Source: Candidatus Zhuqueibacterota bacterium (GTDB taxonomy: Bacteria; Zhuqueibacterota; Zhuqueibacteria; Thermofontimicrobiales; Thermofontimicrobiaceae). From it: a stretch of 64,000 bases of DNA. The DNA lies in NCBI GenBank assembly GCA_049322915.1, contig JBMOPW010000020.1:238006-302005 (forward strand). Direction: 5' to 3'. The position numbers and the translations under genes are program-made. A model generated the notes under the pieces. That model did no database searches. It saw only the letters and a list, made by a program, of their open reading frames with translations, and was not told where the DNA came from. This document shows positions 39,143-48,906 of the stretch, piece by piece (within the stretch, counting starts at the first letter, position 1; every line of letters starts with the position of its first letter).

Positions 39143-40588
39143 ATGAAAATGACTATCCCGTCAAATATTTCTTTTCTCAAGTACAGCATTCGCACGCGAC
39201 TGATCCTCCTTTTTTTCCTTTCCACCATCATGATTTTTGCTTCCGCCGGCTATTACCTGAACTGGCAGATTCGCGCGACGCTGGACCATGCGCTCAGTCA
39301 AAATGTCGAGGCGATTGCCTCCACGTTTGCCGGGCAAATCGACCCGGGGCTGATCGTTCACATCCAGCCCGGCGACGAAAATTCCCGCACCTATCGGCAT
39401 GTGCTGCAGCAGTTCGATCAATTCAAGCGGGTGAAAGGCATCTCCCGGATCTACCTGTTTTTAGCCGATGGCGCCAGTCTTGTCGATTCCGATTCAACCG
39501 TGCGAATTGGCCAGAGATACGCGCAACTGAATTACAGTCAGCAGGAAATGCAGGAGGTATTCTCCGGGCGCACGGCCAGTTCGGTTCTCTTTGCCGGCGT
39601 TGGTGGGCGATTGTACAAGTCCGGGTTCGCTCCCATCTGGCACGGCGACAGAGTACTGGCCGGAATCGCCGTCGAAGCCAGCGCGGAAATGCTGGAGGCG
39701 GTCGACGCCATTCGGAACGATCTGCTGATTCTGGGAGTGGCTGTTGCCATCGGCGCCATTTTCGTCGGCGCTATTTTTGCAAACCGCATCACCACGCCGC
39801 TGAAGAAATTGCAGCACGCTTCGGAGAAAATAAGTCAGGGCTATTTCTTTCAGCCAATTCCTGATTGCGGCCGGGACGAGGTTGGATTTCTCAGCAGCAC
39901 CATGGAACAGATGCGCCAGAATATTTTGATTCGGGATAAGCGCCAGCAGGCCATGCTCGCCGGCGTTGCCCATGAAATTCGGAATCCGCTGGGCGGCATT
40001 GAACTCTGCGCCGGGCTGCTGACCAATGACATCGAAAATCACGGATTGAAAAAATACGCCCAGAAAATCCTCGTGGAAGTGCAGCATCTCAAGTCCATCA
40101 TTCAGGGATTTCTGGATTACGCCCGACCCAATCCGGCGGCAAAGCAGTGGACCGACATCCGAGCCGTCTGGGACGAAGTGCAATTTTTGCTGGCCGGCGA
40201 AATGAATGCGGTGACGGTGAGTTTCACGCGCGCGCGCGATGCGGCAACCCTGTTCGTCGATCCCCTGCATCTCAAACAGATATTTTTGAACCTGCTGAAA
40301 AATTCACTGATAGCGGTTGGAACCGATGGAACGATTTTTGTTGAAATACACCGGGCCAACGACGACGTCGAGATCATTTTTTCTGATACCGGCCCGGGAA
40401 TACCGGCCGAATTGCAAAGCCAGATTTTCGAGCCATTTTTCACGACGCGCGAAAAGGGCACCGGCCTGGGACTGGCTGTGGTGAAAAATCTCGTGGAGGA
40501 AAATGGGGGCGTGATTCGCTATCAGGAAGGCGAAGGGGGAGGAGCTTGTTTTGTCATCACGTTTCCAATTGAGCTGATGAGAAGATGA
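39143..40588 (+). CDS. Membrane sensor histidine kinase (periplasmic sensor, HAMP, HisKA, HATPase)
   Basis: Two TM helices, HAMP (PLKKL...DEVGFL), H-box AGVAHEIRNPL, NLLKNS, DTGPGI, FEPFFTT, GTGLGL. Confidence 0.93.
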   Translation: MKMTIPSNISFLKYSIRTRLILLFFLSTIMIFASAGYYLNWQIRATLDHALSQNVEAIASTFAGQIDPGLIVHIQPGDENSRTYRHVLQQFDQFKRVKGISRIYLFLADGASLVDSDSTVRIGQRYAQLNYSQQEMQEVFSGRTASSVLFAGVGGRLYKSGFAPIWHGDRVLAGIAVEASAEMLEAVDAIRNDLLILGVAVAIGAIFVGAIFANRITTPLKKLQHASEKISQGYFFQPIPDCGRDEVGFLSSTMEQMRQNILIRDKRQQAMLAGVAHEIRNPLGGIELCAGLLTNDIENHGLKKYAQKILVEVQHLKSIIQGFLDYARPNPAAKQWTDIRAVWDEVQFLLAGEMNAVTVSFTRARDAATLFVDPLHLKQIFLNLLKNSLIAVGTDGTIFVEIHRANDDVEIIFSDTGPGIPAELQSQIFEPFFTTREKGTGLGLAVVKNLVEENGGVIRYQEGEGGGACFVITFPIELMRR

Positions 40589-40593
40589 ATGGG

Positions 40594-40932
40594 AAATTCC
40601 AATTACAAAAAGACAAAAAACAAATATAAATCAATGACCAAATTCGAATAGAAAAATTTATTTTGATTCTCGATACAGGACACTTTTTATATAATTGCCT
40701 GTTTGATTGAATTGTCATGCCCGAATGGTTCTATCGGGCATCCATTTGAAAATATTTTTCGAGATTCACGCTAAAAACATGCGATTGAAATGAGTGCCTG
40801 TGGTACGGGACTGACAGAACCACCAAACATAATTGAAAAAGTGTCCGGTAGATTGTTATGTTTCAAAGTAAGTGGTTGTGAAATTGGAAATTCGTATTTA
40901 TTTGTAAATTGAATTTTGCTTTTTTGGAATTT
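40594..40932. repeat. Nested inverted-repeat (REP/MITE-like) element between kinase and regulator
   Basis: Outer AAATTCCAA/TTGGAATTT with about 7-bp CAA periodicity; middle GGACACTTTTT (40678) / AAAAAGTGTCC (40836); inner TGTCATGCCCG / CGGGACTGACA plus hairpin ATGCCCGA..TCGGGCAT. Confidence 0.6.
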
Positions 40933-40994
40933 AGAAGAGTAACAAATTATTTTCGTTGCGCAGTTTTAATGATTTCATCAATGCGGAGTAAAAG

Positions 40995-42377
40995 GTGCCC
41001 GAAATATTGATCGTCGAAGATAACGCCACCATGCGCGAGGCCATGGTTGCCATTGTGGAGCGAATGGGCTATTCCTGCGATCAGGCAGAAAACGGTCGCG
41101 TGGCCCTGGAGCGGTTGGCCGCTAACGCGTATGAGTTTGTCGTGAGCGACTATAAAATGGAAGGCAAAAACGGGCTGGAAATTTTGAACCATATCAAGGG
41201 TACCACCCCGGCGACGGAGGTTCTCATCATCACTGCCTACGGGACAATTGAATTGGCCGTGGACGTGATGAAAGCCGGGGCAGCCGATTTCATCACCAAG
41301 CCGTTTTCCCACGATGAATTCAGGATGAAGGTGGAGCGCATTTTTCAGCGAATCCAGGAACGAAAAGAGCTGTCCCGCATTTCCGATGAAAATGCCTACC
41401 TGCGTCAGGAACTTGACGAGCAGTTCAATTACGGCGATATCATCGGACAGTCCGACGCCATGCGCAAAGTGTACCAGACCATCGACAAAGTGGCTCAGAC
41501 AGATTCGTCGGTGCTGATTTATGGCGAGAGTGGGACCGGGAAGGAATTGGTCGCCCGCGCCATTCACAAAGCCAGCCCGCGGAAGAATAAACCGTTTGTA
41601 CGGGTCAATTGCGGCGCGCTGGCCGAGACGTTGCTGGAATCGGAATTGTTCGGTCACGAGCGGGGCGCGTTCTCCGGCGCCATCAAGAGGAAAAAAGGCC
41701 GGTTCGAACTGGCCGATGGCGGCAGTATTTTTCTCGATGAAATCGGGGACATCTCGGCCAACATGCAGTTGAAATTGCTGCGTGTGCTGCAAGAGAAGGA
41801 GTTTGAACGGGTCGGCAGCGAAGAGACAATTCAGGTGGATGTTCGTATTCTCGCTGCGACAAATAAAAACCTTTCGGACCTGGTTCAGCAGGGGACGTTC
41901 CGCGAAGATCTGTATTACCGGCTGCATATCATTCCCATTTATCTCCCGGCGTTGCGCGAGCGGACGAGCGACATCCCCATCCTGATTGATTTTTTCCTCG
42001 CCAGATTCAGGTCAGAATTCAAGCGACAGCATATCAGCATCAGCCGGGATGCTGTTGAAAAACTTGTGAGCTACCGCTGGCCCGGCAATGTGCGGGAACT
42101 GGAAAACGTCATCGAGCGCGCATTTGTCCTCTGCGATGGCGACGCCATTCGGAGCAGCGATTTGCCGATTCTCACTTCGGAAGAGTCGCACAAATTGCCG
42201 GCGGATCTGCTGGATCGGTTCCAGCTCAATCTGAACGACACGCTGTACGCGGTTGAAAAGCACCTGCTGGAACGGGCGATGCAGCAGAGCGACGGGAATA
42301 AATCCCAGGCCGCCAAAATTTTAGGCATTAAAACGAATCTGCTGTATTATAAATTAGAAAAATTTGGAATGATTTGA
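40995..42377 (+). CDS. sigma54-dependent response regulator (NtrC family: REC, AAA+, Fis HTH)
   Basis: ILIVEDN, VVSDYKM, ITKPF; GESGTGKE, ESELFGHERGAFSGA, FLDEIG, FREDLYYRL, WPGNVRELEN; GNKSQAAKILGI. Confidence 0.95.
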   Translation: MPEILIVEDNATMREAMVAIVERMGYSCDQAENGRVALERLAANAYEFVVSDYKMEGKNGLEILNHIKGTTPATEVLIITAYGTIELAVDVMKAGAADFITKPFSHDEFRMKVERIFQRIQERKELSRISDENAYLRQELDEQFNYGDIIGQSDAMRKVYQTIDKVAQTDSSVLIYGESGTGKELVARAIHKASPRKNKPFVRVNCGALAETLLESELFGHERGAFSGAIKRKKGRFELADGGSIFLDEIGDISANMQLKLLRVLQEKEFERVGSEETIQVDVRILAATNKNLSDLVQQGTFREDLYYRLHIIPIYLPALRERTSDIPILIDFFLARFRSEFKRQHISISRDAVEKLVSYRWPGNVRELENVIERAFVLCDGDAIRSSDLPILTSEESHKLPADLLDRFQLNLNDTLYAVEKHLLERAMQQSDGNKSQAAKILGIKTNLLYYKLEKFGMI

Positions 42378-42440
42378 AGGCAATTAGCTCTTGGCCGTTA
42401 GCCAAAAGCTAAAAACTATCACCGAACAACTTGAAATAGA

Positions 42441-43433
42441 ATGTCTATGAAACGTATTTTATTTGGTATAACAATTTTTCTGCTTCTTGGTTCGCTCATC
42501 TTTTCCCAGGAAATGAATGAAGCTGCAATCGAGGCGAAAAATGGTGAATTCGAGATGAGAATCCGTTTGGAGGAGCGCAGTTCAGCCGGCCTGCAAAAAC
42601 AGGGCGATTCGCTGGCCGTGATAATTCGGGAGCTGAAAGCGGATAACAGCCTCAACATTTTCGAGCGGCAGCGATTGGAGCGACTGCTCAGAGAATCCCA
42701 GGCGCTCGATGCTCGTGCGCAGGCGAAGCGGCAGGAATTGGCAAAAACGAAACAGGATTATCAGGTTTTTCTGGGAGAAGCAGTTGCCTGGTTTGATGAT
42801 GAAATCAGGAAGCAGTTAGCGTCCATTCAAAATTTAAAAACACCGCAGCAAGAAAGGCAAAAACGGATTGATGGAATAATTGCATTGAAGGAGAGGCGAA
42901 AGCAATACAGCCAAAAATTGGAGCCGTACGAACTACCGGCGCCGGTGAGTTCAGCCATCGAGATTGGCGAATTCGATTCCTACGACAAGATGATTCAGAA
43001 GGCGGATCTGGTGAAGGACCAGGAGGAAAAAGCCCGCAAGCAATTGGCCGTTCTGAAAGAGCATGCCAAAGAGGCGGAGAATGAACTCAAGCTTCGAAGC
43101 AAAATGAACGAGCTGATTTCAGACACCTATTTGATGGAACACCAGTCGGAAACATTTTTAGCGACTTCGAAGGCGGACAAAGGGCGGATGACAGACGCCG
43201 AGGAAGGTGTTTACAATTCGGATATTTCAGCCGAATCGGAGATACTAGTCACCATTTTTGATGATTTCCTGAAATTCGATGTCAGCGAAATTTCAAGCAT
43301 GGACTTGGAATTTTACCTGAAAAATTTGAATGCGATGATAGCAATGATGGCATTGTCCGCCGATAGCCTGCAACTGAAAGCCGAAAAATTCTATCGCGCC
43401 GCTGAAATGAAACGTGAGGGCAGCAAAAAGTGA
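42441..43433 (+). CDS. Exported coiled-coil hypothetical protein
   Basis: Signal peptide (MKRILFGITIFLLLGSLIFSQ); long E/K/Q/L-rich helical sequence. Confidence 0.7.
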   Translation: MSMKRILFGITIFLLLGSLIFSQEMNEAAIEAKNGEFEMRIRLEERSSAGLQKQGDSLAVIIRELKADNSLNIFERQRLERLLRESQALDARAQAKRQELAKTKQDYQVFLGEAVAWFDDEIRKQLASIQNLKTPQQERQKRIDGIIALKERRKQYSQKLEPYELPAPVSSAIEIGEFDSYDKMIQKADLVKDQEEKARKQLAVLKEHAKEAENELKLRSKMNELISDTYLMEHQSETFLATSKADKGRMTDAEEGVYNSDISAESEILVTIFDDFLKFDVSEISSMDLEFYLKNLNAMIAMMALSADSLQLKAEKFYRAAEMKREGSKK

Positions 43434-44503
43434 CCGATCCCCTGAAATCGACACTCATTCAACTATTCATTATCGCAGCGATTTCTCCATCGGTTACGTT
43501 CGCTCAGGCGGATCAGTCAGCCTGGCTTTTCAAAACGCGCATTCAGCAGGGTTTTGAATACGATAGCAATACGCTCGAGGCCAAAGAAAATTTGGAAAGC
43601 GACGCGCTGTACAAACTCATTCTAAGTACACAGGCAAAAATTTCAGGCAAAGGCTGGTTAGGCCAGTTGCACTATCATGGCGGCTTTCACCGGTATTTTT
43701 TTTCGCCCTCGGAAAACAAGCTGACCAATGACCTGCAAACCTACTTTGTCCACAATTTAATGAAAAACAGAATCAGCATTGGCGGGCAGGCGCTGGTTCG
43801 GTTCAAGTATTTCCACCATCATGATTGGGAATACAGTCTGTCCAATATCGAGCCATTCATTGCGGCCACAGTTTTTCAAACGCGGTTGGCCATTTCTTTC
43901 AATTTCGAACAGTTGCATTATTTTGAATATGACCAGTTCAATTTTAAAGCGCGCACAATTTCGCTCTCTGCAGGAAAACGGCTGCATGGAAACGTTCGTC
44001 TCCAGCTTAAAGCTGGGCAGCAAACGCGAAATTACGATCGGTTCGCCCTGGTATATAAACCGTTTCTGGATTCAGCGTTGTATTCTAATTTACTTCAAAA
44101 AGATGTTTTCAATTTTGGCGGGTTCGAATTATCCCTGCAAAAGCGGATGTTGTGTTCGATAGAATATGTATTTCAGGACAATGCGTCAAATAGCTATGGA
44201 TTTACCTACACGCAGCATCGGCTGACGGTTTCGGCTGCTGTGCCGTTGAAAAACGGAATGCTGATTCGATTGTTAAGCGGCCTTCAGCGCAAAGAGTATG
44301 CGGAATCCCTGAACCGAATCATCGTCACGGAGTTGGACACCGAACGCGAAAACAGCAATTTTTTCATCATCGATTTCTCCAGGAACCTCTCTTCAACGCT
44401 GAATCTGTTGGTCCGCGGATCGTGGTTCAATAACGAATCCCCGATTCCCGGCCGCTACTACCAGAAATCTCTGACCTCCATCTGCCTTGAATACTCGTTC
44501 TGA
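43430..44503 (+). CDS. Putative outer-membrane beta-barrel protein
   Basis: GTGA overlap with upstream gene; signal peptide; GFEYDSN N-terminal motif; alternating aromatic strands; ends CLEYSF. Confidence 0.7.
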   Translation: MTDPLKSTLIQLFIIAAISPSVTFAQADQSAWLFKTRIQQGFEYDSNTLEAKENLESDALYKLILSTQAKISGKGWLGQLHYHGGFHRYFFSPSENKLTNDLQTYFVHNLMKNRISIGGQALVRFKYFHHHDWEYSLSNIEPFIAATVFQTRLAISFNFEQLHYFEYDQFNFKARTISLSAGKRLHGNVRLQLKAGQQTRNYDRFALVYKPFLDSALYSNLLQKDVFNFGGFELSLQKRMLCSIEYVFQDNASNSYGFTYTQHRLTVSAAVPLKNGMLIRLLSGLQRKEYAESLNRIIVTELDTERENSNFFIIDFSRNLSSTLNLLVRGSWFNNESPIPGRYYQKSLTSICLEYSF

Positions 44504-44541
44504 CTATCAAATATTTGATAGGACTTTCAAAATTCTGATAG
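44502..44541. promoter_or_regulatory. Tandem palindromic sites, putative upstream activator sequences for the NtrC-type regulator
   Basis: Perfect 18-bp palindrome CTATCAAATATTTGATAG (44504-44521) and an adjacent copy; 20-bp units GACTATCAAATATTTGATAG / GACTTTCAAAATTCTGATAG match 16/20. Confidence 0.65.
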
Positions 44542-44633
44542 GTAAACTGGTATTCCATCCCATACGTTTTCAGCCGGGAGCTTCAAACCTGTACATAGGA
44601 GCCAATTTCATCCCGTCAAAAAAAGTTGCGGCA

Positions 44634-44649
44634 TGGCATACAAGTTGCA
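44634..44649 (+). promoter_or_regulatory. sigma54 (-24/-12) promoter
   Basis: TGGCATACAAGTTGCA = TGGCA-N6-TTGCA with GG-N10-GC spacing, 80 bp upstream of the DUF3160 start. Confidence 0.85.
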
Positions 44650-44728
44650 TTTAACGAACAACAACAGTCCCAGTGGGATGTGTTGAAGAAAAGCAATGAA
44701 TCATTCGCTTCGAAAAGTGAGGTTCACT

Positions 44729-47197
44729 ATGAAAACAAAACCCTGGCAGACGGTAATCCTCTGTGGGATCGTTCTTTTTAGCTTCACCTCGTTGAGCGTG
44801 TCACAGATTCCGGTCACAATTCCTGATGATGTGGAGACCGAGTTTGGGACGTACCATCCAATTCCGGTCCAATTCACCCCGCAAGTTCCTGAGTTTCAGC
44901 TCGAGTCTGATTTCAGCAATGTCACCAATTATAATTCTCTCGGCTGGTGGTTCAACGCGACCGACATGAGTCTGCTGCTGGACAATCATTTTACGGTGAA
45001 AAAAAGCCAGTACAAGCAACTTTACGAAGTGTACAATGCCTGCACCTGGGACGGAACCCCGATATTCGTCACAGCCGATGCGGTGCTGCATACCTATCAT
45101 GTGCTGTTCGATTATTTTCTCTCCGAAATTGAGGCTCGGAAATTCGTGGCTGCGTTGAGCGAATTGACCGATGCGATGATCCTCAACATTGAGGCCGATT
45201 ACCCGCAGCTCATGACAGCGCAGGCCCGGGATGCGGCTTTGTCCAACCTGGCCTATTTCTATGTCGCCCGAAAATTGCTTTCCCCTGATGATGCGGCGCC
45301 GGCGGAGATCGCAGATGTGGTGGATGCGGAATTAGCCCTCATCGATGCGCACGAAGGCTTTTCTTTCTCCCCGATTTTTGGGGAATTCTCCAAACTGGAT
45401 TATAGCCAATTCAAACCGCGCGGGCATTACACGAAAAGCGAAACGCTTCAGGTTTATTTCAAAACCATGATGTGGTACGGCTGGACTATTTTCACGATGG
45501 AACCTCAACTGTTCGGCGAAATTGCAGCGCGGCATTCACTCCAGGCGCTGCTGATGGTTCAGGATATCTATACGCTGCAGGGAGCAGAAGCGTCGCTTGA
45601 AACGCTGTGGGACTCCATTTACGAACCGACTGTGTTTTTCGTGGGCAGAACCGATGATCCGAACATCCGCGATTATCGCATCCTTGGGGAGCAGATTTAT
45701 GGCGATAATTTTCTGACCCTTTCCGGGGATAGCCTGGCCAATGCCCACCTGCTGGATGCGTTCATGGCGCAGGCGCAGACGCTGCCTGAGCCAAAAATAC
45801 CCAACTGGATTCATGGCGCTTTTATCACGTACAAGGGATTCCGCTTCATGGGTCAGCGATTCATCCCTGACTCGTACTGGATGGCGCATCTCATCGATCC
45901 GTATGTTAGGTCCCGCTATTTCCCCAAAGGACTCGACGTACTGGCAATTTTAGGTTCGGCCCGCGCGTGCGCCTTGATGGATTCAGTCTACCACGAAACG
46001 AGTCCTGGCTACGCTGAAAAAATCGCCGAGTTTCGAGCCGAACTGATGGCGCTGAATCCGGAACAGTGGGCGCAGAACCTGTATTGGAACTGGCTCTATT
46101 GTCTGCTGCCGTTGCTCGGAGAGAAAGGCGCCGGCTACCCATTGTTCATGCAGACGCTGGCCTGGGCCGATAAAGAGTTGCTCACCGCTCTGGCGTCCTG
46201 GGCAGAACTCAGGCACGATACCATCCTCTATGCAAAACAAAGTATGACTCCCTGCGGTACAACGCCCGGTACACCAAAAAGCTACGTCGAACCCAATCCA
46301 CTTCTTTATGCGCGGCTGGCCAGTCTGGTCCAGTTCACAAAGGATGGATTGAGTTCAAGAAATCTTCTCCTGGATGGCTTCGACGTCAGACTGGATTCAT
46401 TTGAGAGGCTGCTCTTATTTTTGAAGGACATTTCGATCAAAGAATTGGAAAGCATACCGCTGACAGACACAGATTATGAAAATATTTTCTGCTTCGGATC
46501 GGTGATGCAAGACCTGGTATCTGTGACGTTAGACCCGAATAATCCCTTCAACAGGGACGTCGACGACATGGCCGTCGTGGCCGATGTGCATACCGATTCC
46601 AACAGCGAACAATGCCTGGAAGAAGGCGTGGGCTATCCGCTGGAAATTTATGTCATCGTCAACGAAGGCGGGGACATTCGGTTGACGCGCGGAGCGATTT
46701 TTTCTTACTACGAATTCACTCAGCCCATCGCCGATCGATTGACCGATGAAAAATGGCGACAGATGCTCGTCAGCGATGCTCCGCCCAAAATGCCGGAGTG
46801 GGTATCCGGCTTTGTGAACGTGAATGAGGAGCAGCCCGAGTACTCCGAATTTTCCCCGGGTAACCTGTTCAATCATCTGTTTCTAAGCGTGGAGCGCATC
46901 CATCGAGAAGTGAAGCCGAAGACCACTCAACTCCTGACGAATTATCCAAATCCGTTCAACCCCCGGACGACGATTCAATATCAATTGGATAAAGCAGCGT
47001 TCGTCCGCCTGGAAATCTACAACATCAACGGGCATAGGATTCGCACATTGGTCAATGAAGTGCAGACGTCGGGGGTGTACGCGGTGCGCTGGGATGGACG
47101 GGATGAATCCGGGAGAGCCGTCGCCAGCGGCGTCTATTTCTGCGCGATGAAATCCGGCGACTATGCCAAAGCTAATAAACTGTTTCTATTGAGATAA
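44729..47197 (+). CDS. DUF3160 domain protein with T9SS C-terminal sorting domain
   Basis: GAGG RBS; signal peptide; PIFVTADAVLHTYH, DYSQFKPRGHYT, FRFMGQRFIPDSY, LASWAELRHDTILYAKQS, VADVHT, RGAIFSYYEF; C-terminal NYPNPFNP...ASGVYF. Confidence 0.9.
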   Translation: MKTKPWQTVILCGIVLFSFTSLSVSQIPVTIPDDVETEFGTYHPIPVQFTPQVPEFQLESDFSNVTNYNSLGWWFNATDMSLLLDNHFTVKKSQYKQLYEVYNACTWDGTPIFVTADAVLHTYHVLFDYFLSEIEARKFVAALSELTDAMILNIEADYPQLMTAQARDAALSNLAYFYVARKLLSPDDAAPAEIADVVDAELALIDAHEGFSFSPIFGEFSKLDYSQFKPRGHYTKSETLQVYFKTMMWYGWTIFTMEPQLFGEIAARHSLQALLMVQDIYTLQGAEASLETLWDSIYEPTVFFVGRTDDPNIRDYRILGEQIYGDNFLTLSGDSLANAHLLDAFMAQAQTLPEPKIPNWIHGAFITYKGFRFMGQRFIPDSYWMAHLIDPYVRSRYFPKGLDVLAILGSARACALMDSVYHETSPGYAEKIAEFRAELMALNPEQWAQNLYWNWLYCLLPLLGEKGAGYPLFMQTLAWADKELLTALASWAELRHDTILYAKQSMTPCGTTPGTPKSYVEPNPLLYARLASLVQFTKDGLSSRNLLLDGFDVRLDSFERLLLFLKDISIKELESIPLTDTDYENIFCFGSVMQDLVSVTLDPNNPFNRDVDDMAVVADVHTDSNSEQCLEEGVGYPLEIYVIVNEGGDIRLTRGAIFSYYEFTQPIADRLTDEKWRQMLVSDAPPKMPEWVSGFVNVNEEQPEYSEFSPGNLFNHLFLSVERIHREVKPKTTQLLTNYPNPFNPRTTIQYQLDKAAFVRLEIYNINGHRIRTLVNEVQTSGVYAVRWDGRDESGRAVASGVYFCAMKSGDYAKANKLFLLR

Positions 47198-47222
47198 ATT
47201 TTAAACGGAAAGGTGAACGACC

Positions 47223-48449
47223 ATGTTGAAATTAAAATGGCTCATTATTGCTGCACTGACGATTGGTATGTTTGGTCGCTGTTCGAAAACGCCCACGACG
47301 CCGGACACAACACTGCCCCGCGAATTGACGTCTGCTGAAAAGTCGATTGTCGAATCGGACAACAAATTCGGCCTGAAGCTATTTCGCCAGATCAACACAG
47401 AAGAGGGCGCGAAGAATATTTTCATCTCACCGCTGAGCGTTTCCATGGCCCTGGGTATGACGCTGAATGGCGCTCATGGCAGCACGTACGACGCCATGCG
47501 GGCCACGCTCGAATACGAGGGATTGACTGAAGAGCAAATCAATAAATCCTATCACGATTTGATGGAATTACTACTCGGTCTGGATCCTGAAGTTGTGTTA
47601 CAGATAGCCAATTCCATCTGGTATCGGAACACGTACACGTTTCGGGAGACTTTCATCAATACGAACAAACAGTATTTTGACGCCGAGGTGGCCGGATTGA
47701 ATTTCGATGATCCGGCGTCCGTGAATGTCATCAATGGCTGGGTGAATCAGAGCACCAATGGCAAAATCACCGAAATCATCGACAGCATCCATCCGGCCAC
47801 CGTGATGTTTCTCATCAACGCCATTTATTTCAAAGGAACCTGGACCTACCAGTTCGAAGAAAAAGATACATACGATGGCTATTTCACGCTGCCGGATAAT
47901 TCGCAGCAAAACTGCAAGATGATGCGCCAGGCCAATGAATTCAATTATTTCAACGATGAACAGATTCAGGCTGTGGAACTGCCTTACGGCGATGGATTGT
48001 TCAGCATGATCTTGATGCTGCCGAAACAGGACGTGGACATCGAGGCGCTGATTAAAAACTTAGATCAGACCGCCTGGGATAGCTGGCTGGGTAAATTGAC
48101 CAAGCAAAATGGCACCGTTCACCTGCCTCGGTTCAAGCTGGAATATGAAATCAAAATGAACGACGCGCTGACAGCGCTGGGCATGGGGATTGCATTTTCA
48201 GATTTGGCTGATTTCACCAGCATGTACGAACCGGGTGGATTGTTCATCAGTCAGGTGAAACATAAATCGTTCGTGGAAGTTAATGAAGAGGGGACAGAGG
48301 CGTCGGCTGTGACCATTGTCGAAATTCGGGAGACTATGGCCACTGACGAATTCAATCTGGTTGTCAATCGTCCGTTCATTTTTGCCATTCGGGAGAATCA
48401 TTCCGGCAGCATTTTGTTCATCGGTAAAATTGTGAACCCGAATTCGTGA
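47223..48449 (+). CDS. Serpin (serine protease inhibitor) family lipoprotein
   Basis: Lipobox-like FGRC; NIFISPLSVS, INGWVNQSTNGKI, LINAIYFKGTW, LPRFKLE, hinge EVNEEGTEASAVT, NRPFIFAIRE..SGSILFIGKIVNP. Confidence 0.95.
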   Translation: MLKLKWLIIAALTIGMFGRCSKTPTTPDTTLPRELTSAEKSIVESDNKFGLKLFRQINTEEGAKNIFISPLSVSMALGMTLNGAHGSTYDAMRATLEYEGLTEEQINKSYHDLMELLLGLDPEVVLQIANSIWYRNTYTFRETFINTNKQYFDAEVAGLNFDDPASVNVINGWVNQSTNGKITEIIDSIHPATVMFLINAIYFKGTWTYQFEEKDTYDGYFTLPDNSQQNCKMMRQANEFNYFNDEQIQAVELPYGDGLFSMILMLPKQDVDIEALIKNLDQTAWDSWLGKLTKQNGTVHLPRFKLEYEIKMNDALTALGMGIAFSDLADFTSMYEPGGLFISQVKHKSFVEVNEEGTEASAVTIVEIRETMATDEFNLVVNRPFIFAIRENHSGSILFIGKIVNPNS

Positions 48450-48457
48450 GGAAGAAT

Positions 48458-48883
48458 ATGAGACGAGTCCTCTGGTTGCCGGGAATACTCCTGGCCCTGC
48501 TGGCGTGCGCCGGGGAAAATGCTCTGGACAGCCTGGCGCTACAGGAAAATCGATATAGCTACAGCGGCTACGATTCCACCGGCGTAAAAATAGTCCAGGG
48601 CTGGATTGAATTTCAGACCACTGATAGCTCCACGGTCGTCGGGCAATGGGAATTGAGTCCTGTGGGCAATCCACAACAGATTGGTCCCCAGACCGGCAGC
48701 GGGGAACTATCAGGTGGCCAGGTAGATGGCCGAATTTACATGGATTTAAATCCGACCTATCGCGATAACAATGTGGTGCTCGAGGCCGATTACAACCGGG
48801 AGAAACTGGACGGAGAATGGAGTTATATCGGTTTCCCGGGCGTCCTCAATCGCGGAAGTTTCAAGGCAGTGAGAGAGCGGTAG
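48458..48883 (+). CDS. Hypothetical lipoprotein (small beta-rich)
   Basis: GAGG RBS; lipobox LLAC. Confidence 0.7.
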   Translation: MRRVLWLPGILLALLACAGENALDSLALQENRYSYSGYDSTGVKIVQGWIEFQTTDSSTVVGQWELSPVGNPQQIGPQTGSGELSGGQVDGRIYMDLNPTYRDNNVVLEADYNREKLDGEWSYIGFPGVLNRGSFKAVRER

Positions 48884-48906
48884 TGTCTGACGAATGGAGG
48901 CGTGAC

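Noticed and set aside
48817..48906. N-terminal extension of the 550-aa ORF
   Set aside because: Overlaps the upstream lipoprotein; GGAGG RBS and signal peptide support ATG 48907
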